A stretch of 64,000 nucleotides of DNA, from the NCBI GenBank assembly GCA_964414345.1, contig CAYPWF010000009.1, positions 5,321 through 69,320 of the forward strand, written 5' to 3'. The position numbers were made by a program, and so were the translations under genes. This DNA comes from an uncultured Desulfarculaceae bacterium. GTDB taxonomy: Bacteria; Desulfobacterota; Desulfocorpusculales; Desulfocorpusculum. Positions 40,203-48,405 of this stretch are shown in pieces (the stretch's first letter is position 1; each line of letters opens with the position of its first letter). The notes under the pieces were generated by a model. The model was not told the DNA's origin and searched no databases. It worked only from the letters and a program-made list of their open reading frames with translations.

Positions 40203-41012
40203 TCAATCCACCAGCTGAATTAAATTTAGCTGACGACCGGTTTTGCCTTTGCTGGCGCGGTGAGAGAAGAAGACTTTTGAGTTACAGGAAGTGCATGCAC
40301 TCACCCTTACTATGTTGCCCTGTGATACTCCTGCCTGGAGAAGCTGGTGCACATTGAGGCCTACCAGGTCTAGGGTATATCTGTTGGCCCTCAAGGGCTT
40401 GATAAATTCTTTCCAGCGGGCCGTGCTGTTTTTTATGGAACGCACCACTTTGATGTCCACCTCATAACAACAATCCCCTATGCATGGCCCGAACCCCACC
40501 AGGAGCTCCTGCGGGTCAACTTGGAAAACCTTCTGAAACTTGGCCACTACGGTCCCAACCACGTTCAGACAGGTCCCCCTCCAACCGGCGTGCACTATTC
40601 CTATTGCCTGCTCCCTTGGAGCATACAGAATTATGGGGAGGCAATCCGCGGTTAAAACCCCTATAGCCACCCCCCTCTCTTGAGTCAATATGGCGTCGTA
40701 GTCCAGGTGTTGATACTTGCTTCCGGCCCTGATGGGATCCTCATCCAGGATAAGCACTTGGTCCCCGTGAACCTGGTTGGCAAGGAATATCCTCTCAGGA
40801 TCCAGCTCCAAGGCCTCGGCTAAGATTTTCTTGTTTTGGATGACGTTTTCCCTAGAATCCCCGCCCTGGGTATCGAAGTTGAGGCTCCGGAAAGGCCCCT
40901 GGCTCACACCACCCAGCCTTGTGCAAAAAGCATGCTTCAAACGCCCATTGGAGGCTTGCTTGAAGCGTTCCAATGTGACAACTCTCACCTTGCCGTATGT
41001 CTCAAGCCCCAT
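40203..41012 (-). CDS. pgeF: PgeF/YfiH laccase-domain purine nucleoside phosphorylase family protein
   Basis: TRLGGVS, NQVHG, DAILT, LTADCLPI, HAGWRG, GPCIGDCCYEV, CTSC..FFSHR. Confidence 0.92.
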   Translation of the reverse strand: MGLETYGKVRVVTLERFKQASNGRLKHAFCTRLGGVSQGPFRSLNFDTQGGDSRENVIQNKKILAEALELDPERIFLANQVHGDQVLILDEDPIRAGSKYQHLDYDAILTQERGVAIGVLTADCLPIILYAPREQAIGIVHAGWRGTCLNVVGTVVAKFQKVFQVDPQELLVGFGPCIGDCCYEVDIKVVRSIKNSTARWKEFIKPLRANRYTLDLVGLNVHQLLQAGVSQGNIVRVSACTSCNSKVFFSHRASKGKTGRQLNLIQLVD

Positions 41013-41082
41013 GGTAGTTTCGGAGGATGCTGCAAGCAGGATGTGCTCGGTAGTCTAATGAAGAAAAGCCGACCATAGTCTA

Positions 41083-41112
41083 ATCATACAGGGAAAAAAT
41101 ACTTTTTGTCAA
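41083..41112 (-). promoter_or_regulatory. Putative sigma70 promoter of pgeF
   Basis: TTGACA-N18-TATGAT on the minus strand. Confidence 0.55.
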
Positions 41113-41191
41113 TATTAGCGTGTTTTTTGACCACTCTCCGATCAATCCCTTTTGCACAAAGTAGTGATTCCCCCCTGGCAATAAGAGTTCT

Positions 41192-42871
41192 TCACTTTTC
41201 ACTTACTCCTTTTTTCTCCAATGCCTCCTCCCACTTCCCCTTTTCCAGACGTCTACGCTCCTCTCCTCTGACCTCCCTTCTTAGCAGCTTACCCACTTTT
41301 GACTTGGGAAGCATATCCCTGAATTCTATATACTGAGGGATCTTGTAGGGGGCCAGTCTCTCTCTACACCACCTTATGAGTTCGTAGCCGCTCAATCCTT
41401 TCACATCGCTTTTCAGCACCACCAAAGCCTTTATTCTTTCCCCGAGCTTGGCATCCGGAACCCCTATGACACAAGAGGCCACCACTGCAGGATGCTCCTG
41501 CAAAACGGCCTCTATCTCGGAGGCTGAGACCCTGTAGCCCTTGTGCTTGATGGTATCCACGGTCCTATCTACGAAATAAAGGTACCCCTCCTGATCCATT
41601 GAGACTATATCCCCGGTCCTATACCATAGACGGCCTTCCAGTTCCAGGAAGGCCTCTTGAGTCTCCTTGGGCTTGTTCCAATAGCCTTGCACCATAGGAT
41701 CCGAATGCACCAAGAGCTCTCCGGGCTTGCCCGATTCCACCTCTTGCAGGGTCTCGGGATCCACTATTTTTACCGACTTGTTTGGAAGCACACGCCCCAT
41801 GCTATGGGGTGGGGTTTGCTCTCCGGGAAGGCTAAGGCTCACACCACCCACCGTCTCTGTGGCACCGTATCCTTGATAGATGGGAATTCCAAACCGCTCC
41901 TTCCAACGCTGTCCCAACTCCGGTGGGAGCACATCCCCCCCGCTGAAACAATATCTGAGAGAACTCAAGTCATAGGAGTCCAGCCTGTCATGCTCCAAGA
42001 TCATTCGGTAAAGGGCCGGCACTCCAAAAAGCGACAGGGCCTTGTGCCGAGCTACCGCGTCCATCATTCCGTCCAGATTCACCCTAGGCAGCAAGATGAC
42101 GCTTTCCCCCCTCAGACAAAGGGGGCCCAACCCGAAAATCTGGCCCAAGATGTGGAATAGGGGAGCCCCCTGTACCACCAGGTTGCTCCCCTTGGGGATT
42201 ATGGGATCTGCCACCTCCAACTGGACACGGGCCGACTCCAGAAAAAGTTTGTGAGTGATGGGCACTCCTTTGGGAAATCGAGTGGTGCCGCCTGTGTATA
42301 GGATCTCGGCGTTTTCCTCTCCGGGGATGCAAAATCCTGTGTTAGCTTCTCTTCCAAGTCTAAGGAATCTCCGCAATCCCGTCTGATTGCCACCGCTTAG
42401 GACTTTGCCCCTGGGCACCTTGTCAAAGAGCCTTCCCAGGATGCGTTTCCAAAAGGGCAGTAAGTCTGCAAGGTTGGTGTGTATGACTCTTTCAAGTCTG
42501 ATTTTGGCCGCCGCCTGTGCCACGTAAGAGTAGTTGGTATCCGTACAAAAGATGGCTCGTGCACCGCTGTCTTGCGCCACGTAGAGCAAATCGTGGGTGG
42601 TATAGATGGGAGTTACCGGAACCAGCACCGCCCCGGCCATTAGGCCTCCCAGCCAAGCCACAACCCACTGGGGAGAGTTGGGTAGGTAGATGATGACTCT
42701 TTCCCCAGGTGCTATGCCTGCGGCATGAAGTGCCCCAGCCAGAGCTTGGGCCCAATTCAATATTTTTCCATAGGAATAGGATGTCCCAAGAAACAAAATC
42801 GCCTTCTTCTTGGGATTCCCCAAGGCTTGTTCCTTGAATTTTTCTCCTATGTTGCTTGCGGTTTCAGGCAA
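41192..42871 (-). CDS. Long-chain acyl-CoA synthetase (AMP-binding)
   Basis: YTGGTT..PKG, YQGYGATE, YRTGD, FVDR..DTIKHKGY, LPKSKVGK. Confidence 0.92.
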   Translation of the reverse strand: MPETASNIGEKFKEQALGNPKKKAILFLGTSYSYGKILNWAQALAGALHAAGIAPGERVIIYLPNSPQWVVAWLGGLMAGAVLVPVTPIYTTHDLLYVAQDSGARAIFCTDTNYSYVAQAAAKIRLERVIHTNLADLLPFWKRILGRLFDKVPRGKVLSGGNQTGLRRFLRLGREANTGFCIPGEENAEILYTGGTTRFPKGVPITHKLFLESARVQLEVADPIIPKGSNLVVQGAPLFHILGQIFGLGPLCLRGESVILLPRVNLDGMMDAVARHKALSLFGVPALYRMILEHDRLDSYDLSSLRYCFSGGDVLPPELGQRWKERFGIPIYQGYGATETVGGVSLSLPGEQTPPHSMGRVLPNKSVKIVDPETLQEVESGKPGELLVHSDPMVQGYWNKPKETQEAFLELEGRLWYRTGDIVSMDQEGYLYFVDRTVDTIKHKGYRVSASEIEAVLQEHPAVVASCVIGVPDAKLGERIKALVVLKSDVKGLSGYELIRWCRERLAPYKIPQYIEFRDMLPKSKVGKLLRREVRGEERRRLEKGKWEEALEKKGVSEK

Positions 42872-42909
42872 GAGGTCTTTTCCCTCAAAGAAGTCTTTGC
42901 CGGCTGGCT

Positions 42910-43656
42910 CTAAACACCGAAATAGGCTGATTTCACCTCTGGATCATCCATGAGCTCCCTACCCGATCCCGAAAGAGTCATCATGCCGCTCTCTATTACA
43001 TAGGCATGGTCCAGAAAAGGAAGCAGGGGTCTGGCAAACTGCTCCGCCACAAGTATGGTCACGGCTGCCTCCTGCCTTATTGTCACTATGGCTTCCACCA
43101 AGTGCTTCTGCATCAGAGGACTTAGACCTAGAAGAGGCTCGTCTAGCAGCAGGAGCCTGGGACCTGCCACCAGGGCCATTCCTACAGCCAGCATCTGCTG
43201 TTCTCCGCCGCTTAAAAACCCGGCGCGTTTTCCACCCAACTGGGCCAACTGGGGAAAAAGTCTAAACACAAATTCAACAGCCTCTGAGATTTGGCTGCGT
43301 TTCCTGAGGTGTCCTGCAATGCGCAGGTTCTCCATCACGTCGCTTTCCGGGAAAACAGGATGGCGTTCCCTGCAAAGCACAATTCCTCTTGCCACCCGCT
43401 GGGGAGGTCTCAACATAGATATCTCCTCCCCTTCATAAAAAATGCTGCCCAAAAGAGTTATGCGTTCCCCCCCTCGTCTCTGCTCTTTGGTTCTTATCTC
43501 CACTATGAGCCCAGAAAGGGTATGCATAAGGGTTGTTTTTCCAGCACTGTTGGAACCAATCACCCCCCTTATCTCACCTCTAGGAATCTGGATACTAAGG
43601 TCATTGAGGGCCAAGGCGTTCTCGAAAAAGACCATCAAGTTTTCCACCTGGAGCAT
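42910..43656 (-). CDS. HAAT-family ABC ATPase (LivF-like)
   Basis: GSNSAGKT, LSGGEQQMLA, LLLDEP. Confidence 0.9.
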   Translation of the reverse strand: MLQVENLMVFFENALALNDLSIQIPRGEIRGVIGSNSAGKTTLMHTLSGLIVEIRTKEQRRGGERITLLGSIFYEGEEISMLRPPQRVARGIVLCRERHPVFPESDVMENLRIAGHLRKRSQISEAVEFVFRLFPQLAQLGGKRAGFLSGGEQQMLAVGMALVAGPRLLLLDEPLLGLSPLMQKHLVEAIVTIRQEAAVTILVAEQFARPLLPFLDHAYVIESGMMTLSGSGRELMDDPEVKSAYFGV

Positions 43657-43701
43657 CCTTCCCTCCGGACCTTAGCTGAACCCAAATTCTCCACAGTTTC
43701 C

Positions 43702-44460
43702 TTAGCCGTCTGCCTCTGTGCCCAGATAAGCCTTCTTCACATCATCGCTCTCCATGACCTCAGCAGGATTCCCCTCTGCTATTTTTTGACCGAAATTCAA
43801 GACGATCACCCTGTCCACTATCCTGAAAAGCTCTCTTAGGCGGTGTTCAATTAGGATAATGGAACGGCCCTCCATCTTGAGTTTCTCGATTATGGGAACA
43901 GTTGAGGCGACTTCCGCCAGGCTGAGGCCCGAAAAAAGCTCATCCAGCAAGATCAGGTCTGGTTTTATGGCCAGACAACGAGCCAGCTCCAGGCGCTTAA
44001 GATACCCGTGTGGAAGAACGCTGGCGGGTTTGAAGGGAACCGAGGAGTCCCGCTCAAAGCCCACCTCTTCCAGGAGGTCCAATGCCATGGTATCCCTTTC
44101 CCCCAAGCCTCCCCCGGCCAGAGCCCGCACCCGAGGCGAGTACAGAGGAACTACCAAGTTTTTGTATGCTGCCAGCCCGTAAAAAGGACGAGCCATCTGA
44201 AAGGTCCTTGCAACGCCCATTCTGGCTATGGAGTAAGCAGGCATACCTGTTATAGGATTTCCCTTGAAGCGAACCTCCCCAAAGTCAGGTTTCACAAAGC
44301 CGGTTATCAAGTTCACCAATGTGGTCTTTCCGGAGCCGTTGGGGCCAATTATGCCTAGAGATTCCCCCTCTTTCAGGTCAAAAGAAACCCGGTCTACTGC
44401 TCGAACTCCTCCAAAGTCTTTGATCAACTCCCTGACCTGCAGGATGACGCACTCTTTCAT
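43702..44460 (-). CDS. HAAT-family ABC ATPase (LivG-like)
   Basis: GPNGSGKT, ARTFQ, KRLELARCLA, LLDE, IEH, VKKAYLG. Confidence 0.9.
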   Translation of the reverse strand: MKECVILQVRELIKDFGGVRAVDRVSFDLKEGESLGIIGPNGSGKTTLVNLITGFVKPDFGEVRFKGNPITGMPAYSIARMGVARTFQMARPFYGLAAYKNLVVPLYSPRVRALAGGGLGERDTMALDLLEEVGFERDSSVPFKPASVLPHGYLKRLELARCLAIKPDLILLDELFSGLSLAEVASTVPIIEKLKMEGRSIILIEHRLRELFRIVDRVIVLNFGQKIAEGNPAEVMESDDVKKAYLGTEADG

Positions 44461-45470
44461 GACTCTACAGCTGTCCAGCGCTCGAACTGGTGGTACTTGC
44501 GCTTCAAATAATGGAAAAGCCCTTCGGGCAGACCCACTATGAAAATCACTAAGAATACCCCATAGAAAACTATCCTGAGGGCCCCAAGGGCCCTGAGGGC
44601 CTCTGAAAGAGGCACCAGCAAAAAGGCCCCCAAAGCTGGCCCTGCTATGCTGCCCATGCCCCCAACAACCGCGGCTGTAATGGGAAGAATGGAATAATCC
44701 AAAGCAAACACCGGCATACCCACGAACATGTACGCGTGAGTCATGAAGGCTCCTGCCAAAGCCCCCATGCAGCCGGCCAGGAACAAGGCCTGTGCCTTGA
44801 ACCAGTATGCGTTTATACCTGAACTGATTACACTGCGGTCATTGTCTCTGATCCCTTGTAAGACTAAACCATAGTCTGTACCCAGGATTCTTCGGTACAG
44901 AAAGAGAGCTGCCAGGAATATCCCCAGACTCAAAGCCAACTCTACCCCGAGCCCGGGGAAGCCCTCTATGGAGCTCAACCCCTCTGTGCCCCCCAGAACC
45001 TTTGTGGCCTCTATGATACGAACAAGCATGAGAGGGAGCACCAAGGTGACCATGGAAAAATAGATGCCTCGGAGCCTCAATACCGGCACCAGAAAAATCG
45101 TGCAGATGCCTCCTCCAAGAAGGCTGGCCAGCGGCAGGTTAACCCACCAGGGCCATCCCCAGGCATGGTGGAATGTTCCGGCCAGATAGGCCCCGACCCC
45201 GAAGAAAAGCGCTTGCCCCAGGGAGACCAAACCCACGCAGACCAGGAAGTCCCAGCTCATGGCTAGAATCCCGAATATGGCGCTGGTAACAAGCACTTTT
45301 TTCCAGTAAACAGGCAAAACCAAGGCCAAAAAGAATAGTGCCAGAAGCGGCAGCAACCTGGGTGCCAGGAGATAAAGGATCTCTCTCCAAGAACTTAGGG
45401 CAAATATATCCTCTGAGCGGGCTTTTATCCCCCTGTCAATACGCTCTTTCCTAGCCCCACGCTCCTTCAT
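44457..45470 (-). CDS. HAAT-family ABC permease (LivM-like)
   Basis: SLGQALFFGVGAY, LRGIYFSMVT, VVGGMGS; the track's 5' extension runs through a repeat, so start set at MKERG. Confidence 0.88.
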   Translation of the reverse strand: MKERGARKERIDRGIKARSEDIFALSSWREILYLLAPRLLPLLALFFLALVLPVYWKKVLVTSAIFGILAMSWDFLVCVGLVSLGQALFFGVGAYLAGTFHHAWGWPWWVNLPLASLLGGGICTIFLVPVLRLRGIYFSMVTLVLPLMLVRIIEATKVLGGTEGLSSIEGFPGLGVELALSLGIFLAALFLYRRILGTDYGLVLQGIRDNDRSVISSGINAYWFKAQALFLAGCMGALAGAFMTHAYMFVGMPVFALDYSILPITAAVVGGMGSIAGPALGAFLLVPLSEALRALGALRIVFYGVFLVIFIVGLPEGLFHYLKRKYHQFERWTAVES

Positions 45471-45530
45471 GAGCCTATATCCCAAAACAAGATTCCCTCT
45501 TTCCCAAGGATCCCCAAGCTCTTCTTGAAC

Positions 45531-45704
45531 CGCCCGAGATTCTGTGCCGGATGCCCAAGCCCCTGATACGCTTTGGGGTATCCCCACCAATACCAGGGGC
45601 GAATCTGAAACCCAAGATAAGGGTCTTGCTCAAAAGGACCTATTTATCTCAACATGCCATCCAGATAACCTGCATTATCAACTGCTCGTGAGTAATGTGC
45701 GCCA
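45531..45704 (-). mobile_element. Family-1 MITE-like repeat, copy D (partly deleted), between the two permease genes
   Basis: Reverse complement reads ATTACTCACGAGCAGTTGATAATGCAGGTTATCT...CCTTATCTTGGGTTTCAGATT...GGGATACCCCAAAGCGTATC. Confidence 0.7.
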
Positions 45705-45755
45705 AAAAACCCACCCCAAAAGCTCTGATCCTCTGGTACAGCCCAACCGCCAGCC

Positions 45756-46628
45756 TCATATCCTCTCTTCCAACTCCTTCTGCTTGCCCAGGAGGCCCGA
45801 AGGCCTTATGCCCAAGATAAGAAGAATAGCCAGCAGATTCACGATCATCATCCAATGTGAACCCAAGTACATGGAGGTGATGGATTGCGCCATCCCCAGT
45901 ACAAAGCTTGCGATGACCATACCCAGGGCGCTTCCCAAGCCACCCACTATGCACACTGCCAGGGCTTCCAGGAGCACATCATAGCCTGCGTCCACTGAGA
46001 TGGTCCCTATGGGAAGTATTACCACAGCAGCCAATGCGCACAGCCCCCCCCCGAAGGACATGGCAAGGGTGGCCACCTTGTCCGAGTCTATCCCCATACA
46101 GAGGGCCGTATACTCATCTTGAGCTATGCCCCTGAAGGCCAGGCCCGTGCGTGTGTAACGAGTGAATAACCAGAGAAAGCTGGTCAGCCCTCCCCCCAAG
46201 ACCAGGATGCACACCCTCTGCAAATCCAAAAAAAGAGTACCTATCTGAACCGAGCCCTCCATGAACACCGGCAGGGTGTATTGGAAGCCTATGAACCCCA
46301 GGTACCGGAAGAATTCCAGTATTGCCAATCCGATCCCGAAAGTGGCTATCACCTCCGAGATGACCATGCCCCGAATCCTAACCAGCACGATCCTGTAGAG
46401 CAGGGCACCCAGCAGGGCTGTGGCCAACACCATGGCAGGGATGGCAGCCAAAAGGGGCAGGCCCAGCCTCTGGAGCATCATCCAGGTGCCGTAGCCTGCC
46501 AGCACGTACATGGCTCCATAAGAGAAATTGGCAATCCCGCTGATGCCAAATGTGAGGTTGAAACCGAGGGCAACAAGGGCCAGGCTCACTGAGTTGACCA
46601 CACCATAGAGCAGAGCACCCCACAACAT
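45756..46628 (-). CDS. HAAT-family ABC permease (LivH-like)
   Basis: ALGFNLTFGISGIANFSYG, TRTGLAFRGIAQD, IVGGLGS. Confidence 0.9.
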   Translation of the reverse strand: MLWGALLYGVVNSVSLALVALGFNLTFGISGIANFSYGAMYVLAGYGTWMMLQRLGLPLLAAIPAMVLATALLGALLYRIVLVRIRGMVISEVIATFGIGLAILEFFRYLGFIGFQYTLPVFMEGSVQIGTLFLDLQRVCILVLGGGLTSFLWLFTRYTRTGLAFRGIAQDEYTALCMGIDSDKVATLAMSFGGGLCALAAVVILPIGTISVDAGYDVLLEALAVCIVGGLGSALGMVIASFVLGMAQSITSMYLGSHWMMIVNLLAILLILGIRPSGLLGKQKELEERI

Positions 46629-46681
46629 TGACAGCGCAGAGGCCTCCTGTGCCTTCTCTCAATATGGCGTTCACACAATCA

Positions 46682-47959
46682 TCAGCGGGCTGGCTTGATC
46701 CACTCCGGCAATTTTACCTTTGCCTCGGCCACCGACTCGGGGAACACCACAGTCCTTTTCCCGCCCTCTTCCCACTGAATCACACAGCCCAGAGCCGCTT
46801 GGGAGGGGTCGTTCCCGAACACAGCCTGATGTCCTTCGTCGAAACGAATCCTGCCGATGGCACCTGAGCGATCCGACTTCGCCATCTGGGCGGATATGGC
46901 GTCTGGATCCAATTTCCCGGCCTTCTCCAGGGCATCAGCCAGAAGGTAAACCGAATCGTAGGATGGTGCAGGGCCGTGCCCGGATTGGAGCTCCTTACCC
47001 CATCTCTTCTTGTAGGCCTCATAAAAGGAAACCGAGGCAGCCACCTTCGGCACCGGGATGTTGCCGATCTCGAAGATGGCATTGAGGGCCCCTGCTATCT
47101 TGCCCTCGAAGGTCTTCCAGGCCTCGGAACCGGACATGGGAGATATGAATCCGGCCATGAGGGCCCCAACTTTCATGCTATTCCACTGCTTGACCAGGAT
47201 CCCGCTTTGGGGCATGTCGAATACAGGCATGATTATATGTGCCCCCGCAGCTTTGGCCTTTAGCAGCCCAGCAGAGAAATCAGAAGCACCTGTTGGGTAG
47301 GCCTCTATGCCCAGGATATTCCAACCTCCACCCTTTAGAACCTCCGCCACCTTCTCAGCCGTACCTCTGGCCCAAAGCACATCTTGGTGCATGACAAACA
47401 ACTTATTGAAGCCGAATTCCTTCTCAAGATACTTCATCATTCCCACAAGGTAGCCCACCAGATACTTGGCATTAAGACAGGTCCTAAAGATGTATTTATA
47501 CTTGTCGGGCTCTTTCTTGATCTTGTCCTCAGAGGCCGGAGTCATGGCGATGGTCCCCAACAGAGGCACCTTGTACTTGGCCAGCATATCCATACCGGCC
47601 AGAAGAGCCTCGGAACGGAAAGGACCCACCACCATGGCATTCACCTTCTTCTCCAAGATCATCTTTTCCATGCCCAGCAAGGCTTCCGGGACAGGAACTC
47701 CCGGTGCTGCATCCCTTATGTCTATGGATTCCAAAAGCAGCTTCTTCTTGGAACCCGCGAGGCTCACCCCCCCTTTGGCATTTATTTCCTCCACAGCCAA
47801 AGTAGCCGCCTTGAGGCTCTCATCCCCCTCCAGGAAGCCGGTGGAGGTGGCCACCCCTATTATTACGGCATCTGTTTGAGGGAAGACCGGAAGTGGGTTG
47901 ACCCAGGCCAAAGACAAAAATAGAACCGCAGTCCAGGGCAAAAGCTTCTTCCTTCTCAT
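46682..47959 (-). CDS. HAAT-family periplasmic substrate-binding protein
   Basis: Signal peptide MRRKKLLPW..., AVEEINAKGG, VGPFRSE, DFSAGLLK, YDSVYLLADA; GGAGG RBS. Confidence 0.9.
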   Translation of the reverse strand: MRRKKLLPWTAVLFLSLAWVNPLPVFPQTDAVIIGVATSTGFLEGDESLKAATLAVEEINAKGGVSLAGSKKKLLLESIDIRDAAPGVPVPEALLGMEKMILEKKVNAMVVGPFRSEALLAGMDMLAKYKVPLLGTIAMTPASEDKIKKEPDKYKYIFRTCLNAKYLVGYLVGMMKYLEKEFGFNKLFVMHQDVLWARGTAEKVAEVLKGGGWNILGIEAYPTGASDFSAGLLKAKAAGAHIIMPVFDMPQSGILVKQWNSMKVGALMAGFISPMSGSEAWKTFEGKIAGALNAIFEIGNIPVPKVAASVSFYEAYKKRWGKELQSGHGPAPSYDSVYLLADALEKAGKLDPDAISAQMAKSDRSGAIGRIRFDEGHQAVFGNDPSQAALGCVIQWEEGGKRTVVFPESVAEAKVKLPEWIKPAR

Positions 47960-48184
47960 CTGCCGCCTCCTTGAAATTGAATGGGGCACCGAACCCGCTG
48001 AATGTCCTTTTTCCAAGAACACCATCTGGGCGGTCTTGTCCAAGGGCGGGCAAGGACAAGAAAACAAAACTCTCGCTGCCAACCCAAGACTTCCTTACAG
48101 GGCCTGATATGATCCATGGCTTCAAGGATGGGGCTTACTTTACCTGTGGAATCATATTTGTGTCAAGGCAAAATCCAAGACACC

Positions 48185-48372
48185 GGCCCGGATTGTTCCC
48201 CAAAGCCTGTGACTTTGGGGGCTCAAGCCCCCAAACCCCCGATACGCTTTGGGGTATCCCTACTCATGCCAAAGCCAAATCTGCAACCCAAGATAAGGGT
48301 CTTTCTTGGCAGGAACCCCTTTATCCCAACACATAATCTAGATAGCCTGCATCATCCACTGATCGTGAAAAA
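48185..48372 (-). mobile_element. Family-1 MITE-like repeat, copy E
   Basis: GCCCGGATTGTTCCCCAAAGCCTGTGACTTTGGGGGCTCAAGCCCCC...GATAGCCTGCATCATCCACTGATCGTGAA. Confidence 0.75.
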
Positions 48373-48405
48373 GCCTCCAGGGAATCCCTTGGGGTTTGTA
48401 GAGGA

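Noticed and set aside
45471-45590. N-terminal extension of the LivM-like permease; likewise extensions of rpmE, secF and MoaD in the ORF track
   Set aside because: The extensions run through a repeat or upstream genes; downstream ATGs give family-typical starts.
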